NCBI GenBank assembly: GCA_000165345.1
Contig: CM000431.1
Span: 384,001 to 448,000 of the forward strand
Length of the DNA stretch: 64,000 bases
Direction: 5' to 3'
The notes below the pieces were generated by a model that had not been told where the DNA came from, did not search any database, and saw nothing but the letters and a program-made list of their open reading frames with translations. A program made the translations under genes and the position numbers. The stretch's first letter is position 1. Each line of letters opens with the position of its first letter. Positions 51,101-60,966 of the stretch are shown here, one piece after another.

Positions 51101-52314
51101 ATAATAGTTTAAAATCCAACGATTTTAACAATAATGGTCTTAATACTGGATATATTGCCAACTATACACCCCTAAGTATATTACTTCCTTATAAATCAAA
51201 AAGAAGTAACCAGAAATACTCAAGTTCCTGTAATGACAAAAAGTATAGAATATGCACGTATGTTGATAAAACATTATGGTACGAATATAATTCTTTTAAC
51301 TTTTTTGTACTGGATAATAGTAACTATATTTATGACTATTTGTTAGATATAGAAACTCCTTTTCCATGTTTCGTCAAAGAGGGATGCATTATTCCCTATC
51401 AAAGTGGAAATGTATTATCATCAGCTCAGCAATTACAAATTACTACGAGGCTTAAAGTTTACTTGGAATTAATTAATAATTGTGATGACTATTATATTGA
51501 TGAACAACTTAAGAATTCAATAAAGAATGCAAAAAATATAACAAATTCTGGAAATGAGAATATGATTCTAGCTCAAGGAAACCTATTTCTAGATGATGGA
51601 GTTTCTTATAACTATTTAACAGGAGAATATTTAATGAACACTTTTTATTTTATAAAGAATGAAACAATAAAGAATAATAGTTTTGAATTATCAGATTCAG
51701 ATAATTCCAAACCAGATTTTTACTTTGATTCAAGTATTGATACATCATCAATATCATTATCATCATCTTCTACTTTAATGGCTAATATTATGCAAAAATC
51801 TCCTCCAATGACTCCAAGCTCAATATTTTCGTCTGTATCATCTTCTTCATTCTATTCATCAATGACTTCTCAGTCAGACAATGTAACTTCAATAACTTCT
51901 TTAGCTGAATCTTCAATCATCTCTAATTCTAAACATATATATGAAATATACTCTGTTCACAAAAGCATTCAAGTTTACAATCCAACAACAAACCAAGTAT
52001 CCAGGATAAACACAAATTACGATGCAATCAGAAACAATTGGATATACAGAAATGATATCTATTTGGAAACTATTAGTGTTTTTGGAATAATCCATAAACC
52101 CAAAATTATTCTACTTAACATAAACAATATATTCAGTGAAAGTAACATTAATCCTACTAATAAAGTAATTAAAAAGTTAGATTTCACTCTTGTAAATCTA
52201 GAAAATGTTAACGAAAGCGAATCCAACAAACTGGAACTTTATAATGTTGAAATCAATGTCGCAAAACTCGTAAATCTTATTAATAATAATTGGAAAATAT
52301 CTATTTATATATGA
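48151..52314 (+). CDS. Glycoside hydrolase family 31 alpha-glucosidase (glucosidase II-alpha-like core). It has an approximately 350-aa N-terminal extension and an approximately 300-aa Ser-rich C-terminal extension.
   Basis: GH31 nucleophile motif GFWIDMNEPS, acid/base region RQVHNLYGYYH and second catalytic region GSDVGGFYG. Confidence 0.85.
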   Translation: MRSNRNYGLYKFAMALNKAARSFMGVVLNYAKRKKQRNEETSPFAIRYRAFRDLINNINSGSLDGEFFSIWRVDWDSITICEENLKRGKSSTLSFMLLNTYKSDLPPLEVDIKLYSIGIIRFVVNETDQFIKMNRFQLPYNDIIKDKLLDAHYLINTRDKLKITQAKDDNSISIEFEIVDSLINNDLDTESEKRMRKNLTEFEEKISRKVFKLVLTCNYFKVETFIDNRLIHTINPNGNFNFERVRPFISKSHPNIKKEDLMKIANAKKISQDDTSASKIFDSIEKKIGITNYFEEIPSLLKERKYQKKGWGVFESKLKESCGNEYINGGNIMEIIDSYDVYSKNSWYDIYDRFPDYKIYGPTCIGTDIRVHNTSNIYGASEHSTEVNLPEYSSSYRFYNLDVFTYKNDKPDALYGSIPLVLSVHNDEKNSFISGILWLNPSDTFMDIKRKFNKIDTWWVSETGIMDFILMVSDNFDSFYYNYHMLTGFPTLTPRFGLGKHQSRWFNCKDSDVLELSTTFEENKIPLDSIWLDIEHLNKRKCFTWNIENFKNVPEMLGELDIKGRNLIVIADPHISIDDNYHVYNKLQNQPYLSNNILEDDEKVIPITITKTEPISNPWIKIRNHQEWEDFVGVCWPGKVKYPDFLNPKVREIYSSFYTNKHYPIMNYSNIGFWIDMNEPSVFSSSELTLPKHSFHYNDIEHRQVHNLYGYYHLKSTFNGLLTCAAQRIIFLDNISNTNEIVSSFHGSHSAIDKALANENKRLNDRLKQDKSILNLISSGRKILNQDNLLELGNVIKNIQRPFILTRSFYIGSHCYGFTWTGDNKADYDSFSSVISMNVSNSVCGLSYTGSDVGGFYGHPCKCLFINWHKLSIWMPFYRVHSHIDSPKREPWEFGGEILKYIRKLVVTRYELLSFWYTISSLYSFQGKPMLKPLNWLLFEFKNHDLIGKNESILKICECQSFLLGDTFLIYSTLQNQCTCKKNNNSLKSNDFNNNGLNTGYIANYTPLSILLPYKSKRSNQKYSSSCNDKKYRICTYVDKTLWYEYNSFNFFVLDNSNYIYDYLLDIETPFPCFVKEGCIIPYQSGNVLSSAQQLQITTRLKVYLELINNCDDYYIDEQLKNSIKNAKNITNSGNENMILAQGNLFLDDGVSYNYLTGEYLMNTFYFIKNETIKNNSFELSDSDNSKPDFYFDSSIDTSSISLSSSSTLMANIMQKSPPMTPSSIFSSVSSSSFYSSMTSQSDNVTSITSLAESSIISNSKHIYEIYSVHKSIQVYNPTTNQVSRINTNYDAIRNNWIYRNDIYLETISVFGIIHKPKIILLNINNIFSESNINPTNKVIKKLDFTLVNLENVNESESNKLELYNVEINVAKLVNLINNNWKISIYI

Positions 52315-52335
52315 CCAATTTAAACTTGCTGGAAT

Positions 52336-52372
52336 TTTCCCGCCAATACGAAGATTTTGCATGCATGCAAAA
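52336..52372. promoter_or_regulatory. E2F-like box TTTTCCCGCCAATACG plus TTTTGCATGCATGCAAAA, inside a 76-nt convergent 3' intergenic spacer.
   Basis: It lies between the GH31 stop (52314) and the DEAD-box helicase stop (52391). Confidence 0.4.
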
Positions 52373-52390
52373 AAAAAAGAAAAATAAGAT

Positions 52391-54748
52391 TTATCTTTTT
52401 TTCTTATTTTTTTTACCTTGAATAACCCATTTGGGTATTTTTTGCTTATTGCTACCATTCGCAGTTTTTAAGTTTGAGCAGTCATTATTTTTTTTTCTCG
52501 TTGAGTGATCGGAATCAAAATCTGAAGTATCAGATATATCATCATTTGAGGAGTCACTATTATTTGTATTATCGTAGTTATTATCGTTATTAGAAATTTC
52601 TTCATCTTTATAGAATTGGTTGAGCCTGTTTTGGTACTCTTTATAGGTAATTTTTCCAGTTTTAAGTTTCTTGGCAAGATTGTTTTCAAATTGTAAAGTT
52701 TGCCATTCGTCTAGCTCTATTTTACGTTTAGTAGCTCTTTTTTCGCTTCTAGACCTTTTTGAGTTATTATTTTTCTCTAGATCCACTTGAATGTCTTTAA
52801 GTTCTTTTCGTTTTTTGGAATTTTCAAAATTATCCTTTTGGTCTTTTGAAGTCTCAATATTAGATGGAGGTTTTGGGTTTGGATTAAAGTCATCAGGATG
52901 AATGTTTTTAGATCCTGTAATAAATTTTCCTGAAATATTAGATTTTCCAAGAATTTCCTTTACTCTTGGAATTCTAAGCAGGGCAAAAGATGCAGCAATC
53001 TCTCCTATTGAAAGGCTTTTAAAAGGGAAAATAAATGGAAGCTGGTACTCCTTGTAAGCTCTAATATAAGATACAAAGGCTTTCTTTGCTTTTTCATAAA
53101 ATTCAAAATCACTATACATAAACTTCCTGATTGTACATAATCCTACTCTGTTAATATTGCAACTATTATTTAAGAATTCATCTTTTTTTATAATCTCCTC
53201 GTTTAGTTTAGTACAGTAACACAATTTTAAATTGTTTGATGTTTTATAGAATGGATCTTCAATAGAGTTATAATTTCCATCATAAATAATACCCGTATTA
53301 TTCTTTTCTCCTTCTAAATGGTTATAACTTAAAATCTTTCTCATAGTCTTCTTTTCAATATATTCAATAAATGCTCCTTCATGAGGTTGGAGCATTATTA
53401 TAGATTTTCCAAGCTTACCAGCCCTTGCAGTTCTTCCAATCCTATGTATATAATATGAAGGATCTTGAGGAGCATCAAATTGGATAATCCATTCAATATC
53501 AGGAATATCAATTCCTCTTGCTGTAAGATCTGTAGAAATTAAAACTCCACTATCGCAATTTCTAAATATCTCATAGGACTTCTCTCTAGATTTTTGGCAC
53601 ATTTGTCCATGTAACTTACAAAGATTTCCAAGGGAAGATTCCATAAAGTAACCATTTTTTTGTGACTTATTTTGTTTATTTTTGGAATGATTATGAAAAA
53701 GTTTTGAAAGATATTTAAAATAAAACTCCACAGATCTACAAGTTAGGAAAAATATAATACATTTAATCTGTTTTCCAGATTCAAGTTCTCGTTTCATATT
53801 AAGCAGAAATCTTATTAGAAATTCAATCTTTAACAAAGGATTAAGTTCAACATAAAAACATGTTAGGCCAATTGGGACACTAATATCACATTCAGCATCT
53901 TCTATAGATGTTGAAGTCTCTTGTTTCTCATTAGTATTCTGTTTTTCAAGATTATTACAGGATATCGATACTTTAATATACTTTGGGTTTCTAAGACCTG
54001 TCTTAATAAGATTCTGAACTTGTGAATTCAATGTAGCAGAGAATAAACCAGTTCTTCTTTGCTTTGGCATTGAATGCAAAATCATATTAATATGATTTTC
54101 AAATCCCATATCTAAAAGCCTATCAGCTTCATCTAAGATGAGTATTTCCAAGCTAGACTTGATATTCCAGTCAAATCCATCCTTTAGATTCTCAAATAAG
54201 TGAAAAATACGGCCAGGGGTACCGACTAATATATAGTATTTACTATTGTCTTCTGAAGCTTCTTCTTCTGCAACTTGTTTAATATAATCAAATGTTTTAT
54301 TAATATTTCCTCCTCCAATGCAAATTAAGCATTTTAGAACATTTCCAGAACCTCCTTTTTCTCTATATTGATTAATTATATCTAAATACCGCTCTAAGAT
54401 TTCAAATACTTGTGTTGATAATTCTCTAGTTGGTGTTAATATGAGCGAACCCATATTAAAATTTGAAATTCCTCTTGACTGAATCTGACTTTTTAAAAGG
54501 ATTTCAACAACTGGAACTAAATAACTCATAGTCTTTCCTGAGCCAGTACAAGCTTCAACTGCAACATCCTTGTGAGTAAGAAGCTCTGGAATAGTTACTT
54601 CCTGTACTGGTGACATAAATCTAAATCCAAGGTGGTTCTGTATAAAGTCCAAACTTCCCTCACTAATGCTGGGCCTCAACGCTTCAAATCCACGGTAATT
54701 TATCTCTTCATTTCCTTTATTCTTAGGTGTTCGTTTTCTTTCTTTCAT
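52391..54748 (-). CDS. DEAD-box ATP-dependent RNA helicase, DDX55/Spb4-like.
   Basis: Q motif F..SPVQ. Motif I DVAVEACTGSGKT; the AVEA in place of AQTG is the DDX55/Spb4 signature. PTREL, DEAD (LILDEADRLLDMGF), SAT, LISTDLTARGIDIP and HRIGRTAR. The protein has a basic K/R-rich C-terminal tail. Confidence 0.85.
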   Translation of the reverse strand: MKERKRTPKNKGNEEINYRGFEALRPSISEGSLDFIQNHLGFRFMSPVQEVTIPELLTHKDVAVEACTGSGKTMSYLVPVVEILLKSQIQSRGISNFNMGSLILTPTRELSTQVFEILERYLDIINQYREKGGSGNVLKCLICIGGGNINKTFDYIKQVAEEEASEDNSKYYILVGTPGRIFHLFENLKDGFDWNIKSSLEILILDEADRLLDMGFENHINMILHSMPKQRRTGLFSATLNSQVQNLIKTGLRNPKYIKVSISCNNLEKQNTNEKQETSTSIEDAECDISVPIGLTCFYVELNPLLKIEFLIRFLLNMKRELESGKQIKCIIFFLTCRSVEFYFKYLSKLFHNHSKNKQNKSQKNGYFMESSLGNLCKLHGQMCQKSREKSYEIFRNCDSGVLISTDLTARGIDIPDIEWIIQFDAPQDPSYYIHRIGRTARAGKLGKSIIMLQPHEGAFIEYIEKKTMRKILSYNHLEGEKNNTGIIYDGNYNSIEDPFYKTSNNLKLCYCTKLNEEIIKKDEFLNNSCNINRVGLCTIRKFMYSDFEFYEKAKKAFVSYIRAYKEYQLPFIFPFKSLSIGEIAASFALLRIPRVKEILGKSNISGKFITGSKNIHPDDFNPNPKPPSNIETSKDQKDNFENSKKRKELKDIQVDLEKNNNSKRSRSEKRATKRKIELDEWQTLQFENNLAKKLKTGKITYKEYQNRLNQFYKDEEISNNDNNYDNTNNSDSSNDDISDTSDFDSDHSTRKKNNDCSNLKTANGSNKQKIPKWVIQGKKNKKKR

Positions 54749-54979
54749 TTTTTTTCCGTAATACTCATATTATTTTATTTGGGTTATTTAAACAAAAAAA
54801 TATAAACACTTTTTCCTAAGGTCTAAAAATTCCTTCCTCCTAAATATATTAGATAAAGTATTACAGATCCAGTTTAACCTCTTAAAAGTGATTAAATAAC
54901 CCCTTCAATCAATTTAAGTTATTTTTTTTCTGCTTTAACTGAAATTGTAGATTAATTTTCGAATTTGACATTTAATCAT

Positions 54980-55004
54980 AGCCCGCCAAGTGTGGCGCCA
55001 AAAC
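54980..55004. promoter_or_regulatory. E2F-like double box AGCCCGCCAAGTGTGGCGCCAAAAC.
   Basis: About 240 nt upstream of the DEAD-box helicase start (minus strand), in the divergent region shared with the 4-TM protein gene. Confidence 0.5.
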
Positions 55005-55307
55005 ATGTCGGTACTAGTCTAAAATCCAAATAAAGTAAAGAGGAGTGGGGAGGAGATGGCGGTAAACTTTTGATATTAAAGCGTGAAGAGTGGAAGAAAA
55101 GTATTAAGGATAAAATAAAAAAGGAGTTGAATTTGTATGTCAGAGAGCAATCTAGTTCAGAAGTTAACATATTATTTTGTTTTGATGGACCTCTTAAATT
55201 TAATCTTAAGATCTTGAACTTAGATATATACATTTTTTTTTAATTATGTAATTTAGGCGGTAACATTCTGAATAGTTTCAGGTATTAAATATACTTGTGA
55301 TCTTGTC

Positions 55308-55327
55308 TATATATATATATATATATA
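55308..55327. repeat. (TA)10 microsatellite.
   Basis: A direct dinucleotide run in the divergent promoter region. Confidence 0.8.
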
Positions 55328-55823
55328 AATTATTATTATTTATTAGCCTAGATAATTTAGTAAAAAAAAGAAACATTATTATTAAAAATAAATATAATTA
55401 CATAATATAGTAAATCATCGAAACGAATTTACTTGAGAATTTATCTGGATAAATAATAAAAGGAAAAAAACAATAATTTTTAGGCGGTACCTGGATCACT
55501 ATTAAATTTCTCACAGTAAATGAACAAGTAATAATTTAGGAAAATAAAGAGGGAACAAATTGAATAGAAAATAATATATCTTCTATTTAAGTAAAATAGT
55601 CTATATAGGAGACTTTTGAACAACACCAGGGAAAATAAATAAAGTTGGTTAAACAAAAGTTCTGAAATTGAAGGAACTTTTTTGAATAAAGTGGGAAAAC
55701 GCAATAATAATTACATAAAGTGAAAAAGAAAAATCATATTTCGAGTGAAAAAAAAACTTGATATTGGAGAAAAATTCATTAATATACTTTTTGTTGTGGA
55801 TATTAATTATAATTAGTTAAACA

Positions 55824-57101
55824 ATGAGTTCCGTTAAAGACAAGTGTAACAACATGCCCAAACAAAATCACAATGAATCAAAGATTTCTATAATACCAAA
55901 TACAGCACCATATAAGTTTATGAGAGGGTTAATGTGTTTCCTTACTGTTTCTCTTTCAATGCTATATTTGATATTTAGTTGTTCATTTGCTATTAAATAT
56001 AGACCTCTTGTTTTTGACAATATTCTTACTGAGACAATAAAAGGTACTATTAAGGGCTCAAATGGCGAATATATTCAGTGGATTGCGACAATACCAACAG
56101 GATTAGTTAGTCGAACAGTTGCTATTATTTGTGTGGTCATGTTCTTAATTTTTGGAGTATATACCATGCTTTTTTCATTTTATACTGCATGCAAGAAATA
56201 CAAATTCATTCAACCATGGCATTTTATGTTATTATCTGCAATGTCCTGTGTTGGAGGACTTATTTCAATCTTCCTTTCAAATAAATTTGCAGTAGTTGAG
56301 GAATTTACTCATAAAAAGGATTGTCTTCTCCAATCTGTAGTCTCAAATGACTGTTCTGTAGCTATTGGAAACAACGAAATCTACGCTTATGACATTTGTA
56401 AAGCAGTTGAATCATTTTGTTTGGATGAAAACGCATCAATGTCCAGATATTACACCAAGGCAATAATAGTTGCAGTAGTTTCTTTCATCGTTTCAGTTTT
56501 AAGCTTTGCTTATGGAATTGTCTTACTAAATCTGAAGATGAGATATTCCAAGAAATTAGCTTTGATAAATGAAAAAAATGCAATTTCTGAAAAAACCAAG
56601 TCAGATCTTGAAATGTCAAATTCATCAAGTATCTGCCAATATGATAAGGATAATTCTGGAATTAACTGCCAAAATAACCAATCAGGTACCGGATATTCCA
56701 CAACAGATAACACTAATGTGGTGAACTCAACAAAAACCAACGTATATTACCCAAATATGTCTAACGATTCTTGCAAAGCCATACAACCTTATCAAAATGA
56801 AATGAGGAGTATACCAATGGGTATTGTTGTAACTACGACAACTAGTAAACAATGTCACATTGCAGCCCACCGAAATGCAAATTCACAAGTTAATACCTCA
56901 AATATGGGTAACATTATTGGTAATTCAGCAATTAGCTGTGTAAACTCGATACATCATTCATGCCATAGTGGTAATTTAAATCACAACAGGAATGCTCATC
57001 ATGGACTATCCCTCCAACAACAACATCATCACCATCATCATCACCATCATCATCATGGCCCTAACCATGGCAATAGACAACATCACAATCAATTTCTATA
57101 A
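55824..57101 (+). CDS. Hypothetical four-pass membrane protein with tetraspanin-like topology and a C-terminal poly-His tract.
   Basis: Four predicted TM segments with a Cys-containing loop between TM3 and TM4 (DCLLQSVVSNDCSVAIGNNEIYAYDICKAVESFCLDE). A CAT/CAC-coded H11 run lies at 57021-57056. Confidence 0.5.
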   Translation: MSSVKDKCNNMPKQNHNESKISIIPNTAPYKFMRGLMCFLTVSLSMLYLIFSCSFAIKYRPLVFDNILTETIKGTIKGSNGEYIQWIATIPTGLVSRTVAIICVVMFLIFGVYTMLFSFYTACKKYKFIQPWHFMLLSAMSCVGGLISIFLSNKFAVVEEFTHKKDCLLQSVVSNDCSVAIGNNEIYAYDICKAVESFCLDENASMSRYYTKAIIVAVVSFIVSVLSFAYGIVLLNLKMRYSKKLALINEKNAISEKTKSDLEMSNSSSICQYDKDNSGINCQNNQSGTGYSTTDNTNVVNSTKTNVYYPNMSNDSCKAIQPYQNEMRSIPMGIVVTTTTSKQCHIAAHRNANSQVNTSNMGNIIGNSAISCVNSIHHSCHSGNLNHNRNAHHGLSLQQQHHHHHHHHHHHGPNHGNRQHHNQFL

Positions 57102-57584
57102 ATGTTAAACTATCCTGAAATGATTATCTAAAGAGGTGTTAAATACAGCCTTGTATAATTCAACAATTGTCTGTCAATTTACAAGTATTCTGTTTCAGTT
57201 GAGGAATATATACTTAGCCTCGATTATTTATTAATATAGCCCGTGTATTAATATCTACTAACCTCACCAACAATCACTTAGTTGTTTTCTTTTTAAAAAT
57301 TAAATTAAAATATTTAAAAAAAAAAAGGACGGTTAGATCCGATCAATCAGTGTTCATATATTTAACAATAGATCAAAACAATCGTAATAAATAAGAAGAA
57401 AAGTTTTCTAAATATTCGTTCTTCAATTACGCGGAAAATATTGCGAATCGGTTTAAACCCCCTGCATGTGTACACGTGTTTTTTACTATGCGGACATTCT
57501 ATACCGGCATTTACATGCACTCATGTGGATATGCATGTAAAGCCCGCATGGATCATTAGTAAAATAATATTGTTAATTTACGGC

Positions 57585-60152
57585 TTAATCTAAAGATAAC
57601 AATCGCGAAATAATAGCTATGTCACTGAAATCAGTTAGATAAGAAGCCCCGAAATCTTGATACATTTTACAGGAATTCATTAATAATTTAAGAACTTTTT
57701 TTCGATTAGTCTTAATCTGATTACAACAAACGAAAATATTGTTACTGCATGACTGAGATATTGCTTTGCTTTGGTCTTGCTTATTATTTATGTTATGAGG
57801 AGCTTCAAAAAATTCAAAAGAACTTGGTCTTTCAAATGATGAATCATAACAAAAGTCTTGTAATGCGCCGTTGCATGAGATAATTTGATTTAAAAAAGTC
57901 TTATTGCCATTTTTCTCAGTAATATTTGGTAGTTTATCGAATGATAAATTGCAGATCGAAATTTTTGAATTATGCTCAACCTGTTTAACATCGGCATCAC
58001 TATATTCTATTGACTTAGATTGATCAACCTCTAAGCTAATATTTCTGGATGCATCAGTGCTTGAGCTAAGTAAGTCGGAGTTACATGAAGACAAAATACT
58101 TGATGAAGCGGAAATAATATATTTATTAATTATTTGTACACTATTAAATTGTTCAATAAATTCCTGAAATGAGTTGGATTTATAAGTAGCAATAAAATCT
58201 TGAATACTCATTATAAGTGGTCTATTTAACAAAAAAGATATCTTTGAATTTGATTTGCTATTCTTAGAACTACTAATAAAATTCATCGTACCGTTGCTGA
58301 CCCCTTTACCATTTATAATCGGATCTTGAAGAGTATTACAATTTAATTCCAATTTCTTTTGATCAACATATATAGTCGATAAGGCTCTATAGCAAAAACC
58401 AGAGAATGGACGATTTAATTTGTTTTTGAAAGGAAATTTATAATAGGTTAACATTGATGATACTATACTTTCAACAGAGCCTGGAACCATTTTTGCAGCT
58501 ATCATTTTAGTCACTGAAGATGGAATCCACCCTTTTGGACTTGCTTCATTGAACATTGACACGTTACTCCAAATACCAAAAGGAGTTTTTATTGGGATTG
58601 CCATATAGCTACCAATTGATAAATCCATTCTAACATATCCAGGACGCTCTGGCGCATCAGGGTGTTCAGTTGAGCAAGAACAAGAACAACACATCACTTC
58701 ATCCTGATTAATTTTTGCTGAAGCGCTTAAATCATTCCAGCTCATAAACTTGAACCCATTCTTAATATTATATCCATGTAAATACCGAATATTTACAATA
58801 TCACGTGGATATACTGTTGCTATTCTTTTAGTTGCAACATACATAACATCTAATCCTGGTGCAATATTTTCAACGACCTTAAGATCCACAGTATTATTAT
58901 CATAAACTCTTCTATTATTACTATCTGTGGAATATTCAACATAATCTAAAGGAGCAACTGGTACAATAAATTCTGTACGAAGCAAAACTCTTCCAGATTT
59001 GTGTTCCTTCTTCCAAACCCGAACTCCATCTTTATTATAAACTAGTTGGCACATTAATTCATTTGGTTTGCTAAGTAAACATTCAAAACTAACTTCACTC
59101 AATTTATTGGCAAGTCGAGCATACATTCGTAATCTTTGATTGTTAAGCTGCTTTTGGTTCAAATTGGAAGGATCAATATTGCGATTTTCTAAAAAATTCC
59201 TGTTTTTCTCATATCTTCTTAGAAAATTACCCAAGATTTTCCTAGTTTCCTCTAGCTCTTCAAACTTCAATTTCAAGTATTCCTCAAATTTTTCTGGCTT
59301 GGATAATATCGAAGCTCTTTTTTTAAGTAAGGTATTTATAGTATTAATATTAATTTCGCTATTCATATTAATATTACTATTATCATTACATATAATATTT
59401 GGATTGGCTATTTGTTTATTTTTACTTGATATATCAAAACTCTTATCTTCATCTTTAACATGTAATTTTTCATCAAGTTTTGGATTGGTTGGGATAATTT
59501 CAAAAAAATTGTTAAAATTCTCTTCAGTTGAAATCTCCTCATTAAAATTACAAGCTGTCTCAAGACCTTCCATCACTTGGATATCAACATCCTCTGCAAT
59601 GCAGATATTATTAAGTGAATTAAAATTCAATTTTATTGAAGACTTAGAAATAGATTTCCCAAATTTCTCAATTGAACTCTCAATATTTGTAAAATTTTTC
59701 GAGTTAGTTTTATCATTGTTAAAACGATTCTTTTTTGAAAGCTTTCTTAAAAATGAAAAGTATCTTGTTGTAGAAGTTGAAGAAGAATTGGTTGGTAGAG
59801 TTAAATTATAATTAATACTCTGAGATCTTCTTCTTGAATGAATCTTGCTAAACCCTTTTCTAGATCTTCTATAAAATATCAAACTCATAAACTTAGAAGC
59901 GATTTTATACTTGAGCCTCTTTTTTTTTGATAATTTCTCCAAAGTTGTGGACTTGGAACTCGTTTCATCATGTTTATTCAAAGAATTATTTAATTCAATA
60001 TTTAAATTTGGAGTTTCAATAGCTCCAATAATGTCTTCATTCTGCTCATCATCTAGCTCAGAAGGTGACTTTGTTGAATGTATAGAGCGTTCTGCATCAA
60101 ATTCTTCAATGTTATTTACATTTTCGCAATTTAAAGAATCTGAAGAGCTCAT
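57585..60152 (-). CDS. START (StAR-related lipid-transfer) domain protein with a long low-complexity N-terminal region.
   Basis: VRVWKKEHKSGRVLLRTEFIVPVAPLDYVEY...RDIVNIRYL...GYVRMDLSIGSYMAIPI...PKGWIPSSVTKMIAAKMVPGSVESI matches the START beta-grip and C-terminal helix pattern. Confidence 0.6.
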   Translation of the reverse strand: MSSSDSLNCENVNNIEEFDAERSIHSTKSPSELDDEQNEDIIGAIETPNLNIELNNSLNKHDETSSKSTTLEKLSKKKRLKYKIASKFMSLIFYRRSRKGFSKIHSRRRSQSINYNLTLPTNSSSTSTTRYFSFLRKLSKKNRFNNDKTNSKNFTNIESSIEKFGKSISKSSIKLNFNSLNNICIAEDVDIQVMEGLETACNFNEEISTEENFNNFFEIIPTNPKLDEKLHVKDEDKSFDISSKNKQIANPNIICNDNSNINMNSEININTINTLLKKRASILSKPEKFEEYLKLKFEELEETRKILGNFLRRYEKNRNFLENRNIDPSNLNQKQLNNQRLRMYARLANKLSEVSFECLLSKPNELMCQLVYNKDGVRVWKKEHKSGRVLLRTEFIVPVAPLDYVEYSTDSNNRRVYDNNTVDLKVVENIAPGLDVMYVATKRIATVYPRDIVNIRYLHGYNIKNGFKFMSWNDLSASAKINQDEVMCCSCSCSTEHPDAPERPGYVRMDLSIGSYMAIPIKTPFGIWSNVSMFNEASPKGWIPSSVTKMIAAKMVPGSVESIVSSMLTYYKFPFKNKLNRPFSGFCYRALSTIYVDQKKLELNCNTLQDPIINGKGVSNGTMNFISSSKNSKSNSKISFLLNRPLIMSIQDFIATYKSNSFQEFIEQFNSVQIINKYIISASSSILSSCNSDLLSSSTDASRNISLEVDQSKSIEYSDADVKQVEHNSKISICNLSFDKLPNITEKNGNKTFLNQIISCNGALQDFCYDSSFERPSSFEFFEAPHNINNKQDQSKAISQSCSNNIFVCCNQIKTNRKKVLKLLMNSCKMYQDFGASYLTDFSDIAIISRLLSLD

Positions 60153-60667
60153 TTTGCTAAACCTTTAATGGACACTTTACCAAATTCAATTTACCTGATA
60201 GACTAAAATAATAATTTTAAGTTGTTTCCAAATTAAGTGTTGTTAATTACTAATAAAACGATTTATAAAGCTTGAAAAAAAAAATTTAATTGAACAGTAA
60301 TTTATATTATAAAATATCGTATTTATTACATTATATAATAGTCAATGTTGCATTTTATAAAACATAAATTAATCTGAGTGAATAAATCTTTCAAAAATTA
60401 ATAAAAAAATTCTATTTGTACTTCCGCTATCTCTTAGAGCTTGTGTTTATTCAATAATAAATGGTTTAATATAATGAAATAAAATATGTAATTAATGGAG
60501 CGAGATCAAATAAGATATTTAATTCCAAACGACATTTGAGTTTTCAAAATTGATCCTTTCCTTTTCTATGCCAGAGTAAAATATGAAGTTCAAACCCCAA
60601 TTAGTTGTTAAATTTTTCTTTGAATTTAACTTACTACCCTCATAATAGTCTTATCATACATTTCGGA

Positions 60668-60749
60668 TTTTGGCGCATGTTTGCCCGCCTAGTGTTCCTT
60701 TGATTGGATACCTAAAATGCCAAATAAAGAAAATTCAGGCGGGAAATCT
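60668..60749. promoter_or_regulatory. E2F-like boxes TTTTGGCGCATGTTTGCCCGCCTAG and TTCAGGCGGGAAATC.
   Basis: They lie 520-600 nt upstream of the START-domain gene (minus strand). Confidence 0.45.
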
Positions 60750-60966
60750 GAGTGTTGCATGAAAAGTTGGAAAAAAATAGATAGTGGGAAAAAGAATACA
60801 TTTAGAGATGAAAGTACTATTTAATTTATAATTGTGGATAACAGCAGATAAAGAATACTAAAACAAACTATAAAATGTAAACTTGGGTGAATCAGGTTGT
60901 ACAGAATTTTAAATTCCTGGTATATAATAGAAGTATAATGAAAAAGAGATTAATTTGAATATTTCA

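Noticed and set aside
52198-52458. 86-aa minus-strand ORF overlapping the GH31 3' end and the helicase 3' end.
   Set aside because: It spans a convergent intergenic spacer and both neighbouring stop codons. It has no start context or motif and is frame noise.
59140-59811. 223-aa plus-strand ORF antisense to the START-domain gene.
   Set aside because: It is low-complexity, Leu/Ser/Phe-rich and sits entirely inside a much longer motif-bearing minus-strand CDS. This is typical antisense noise of AT-rich coding DNA. The same applies to 1018..1335, 48947..49417, 11711..12076, 12384..12677, 50790..51161 and the other short overlapping ORFs.
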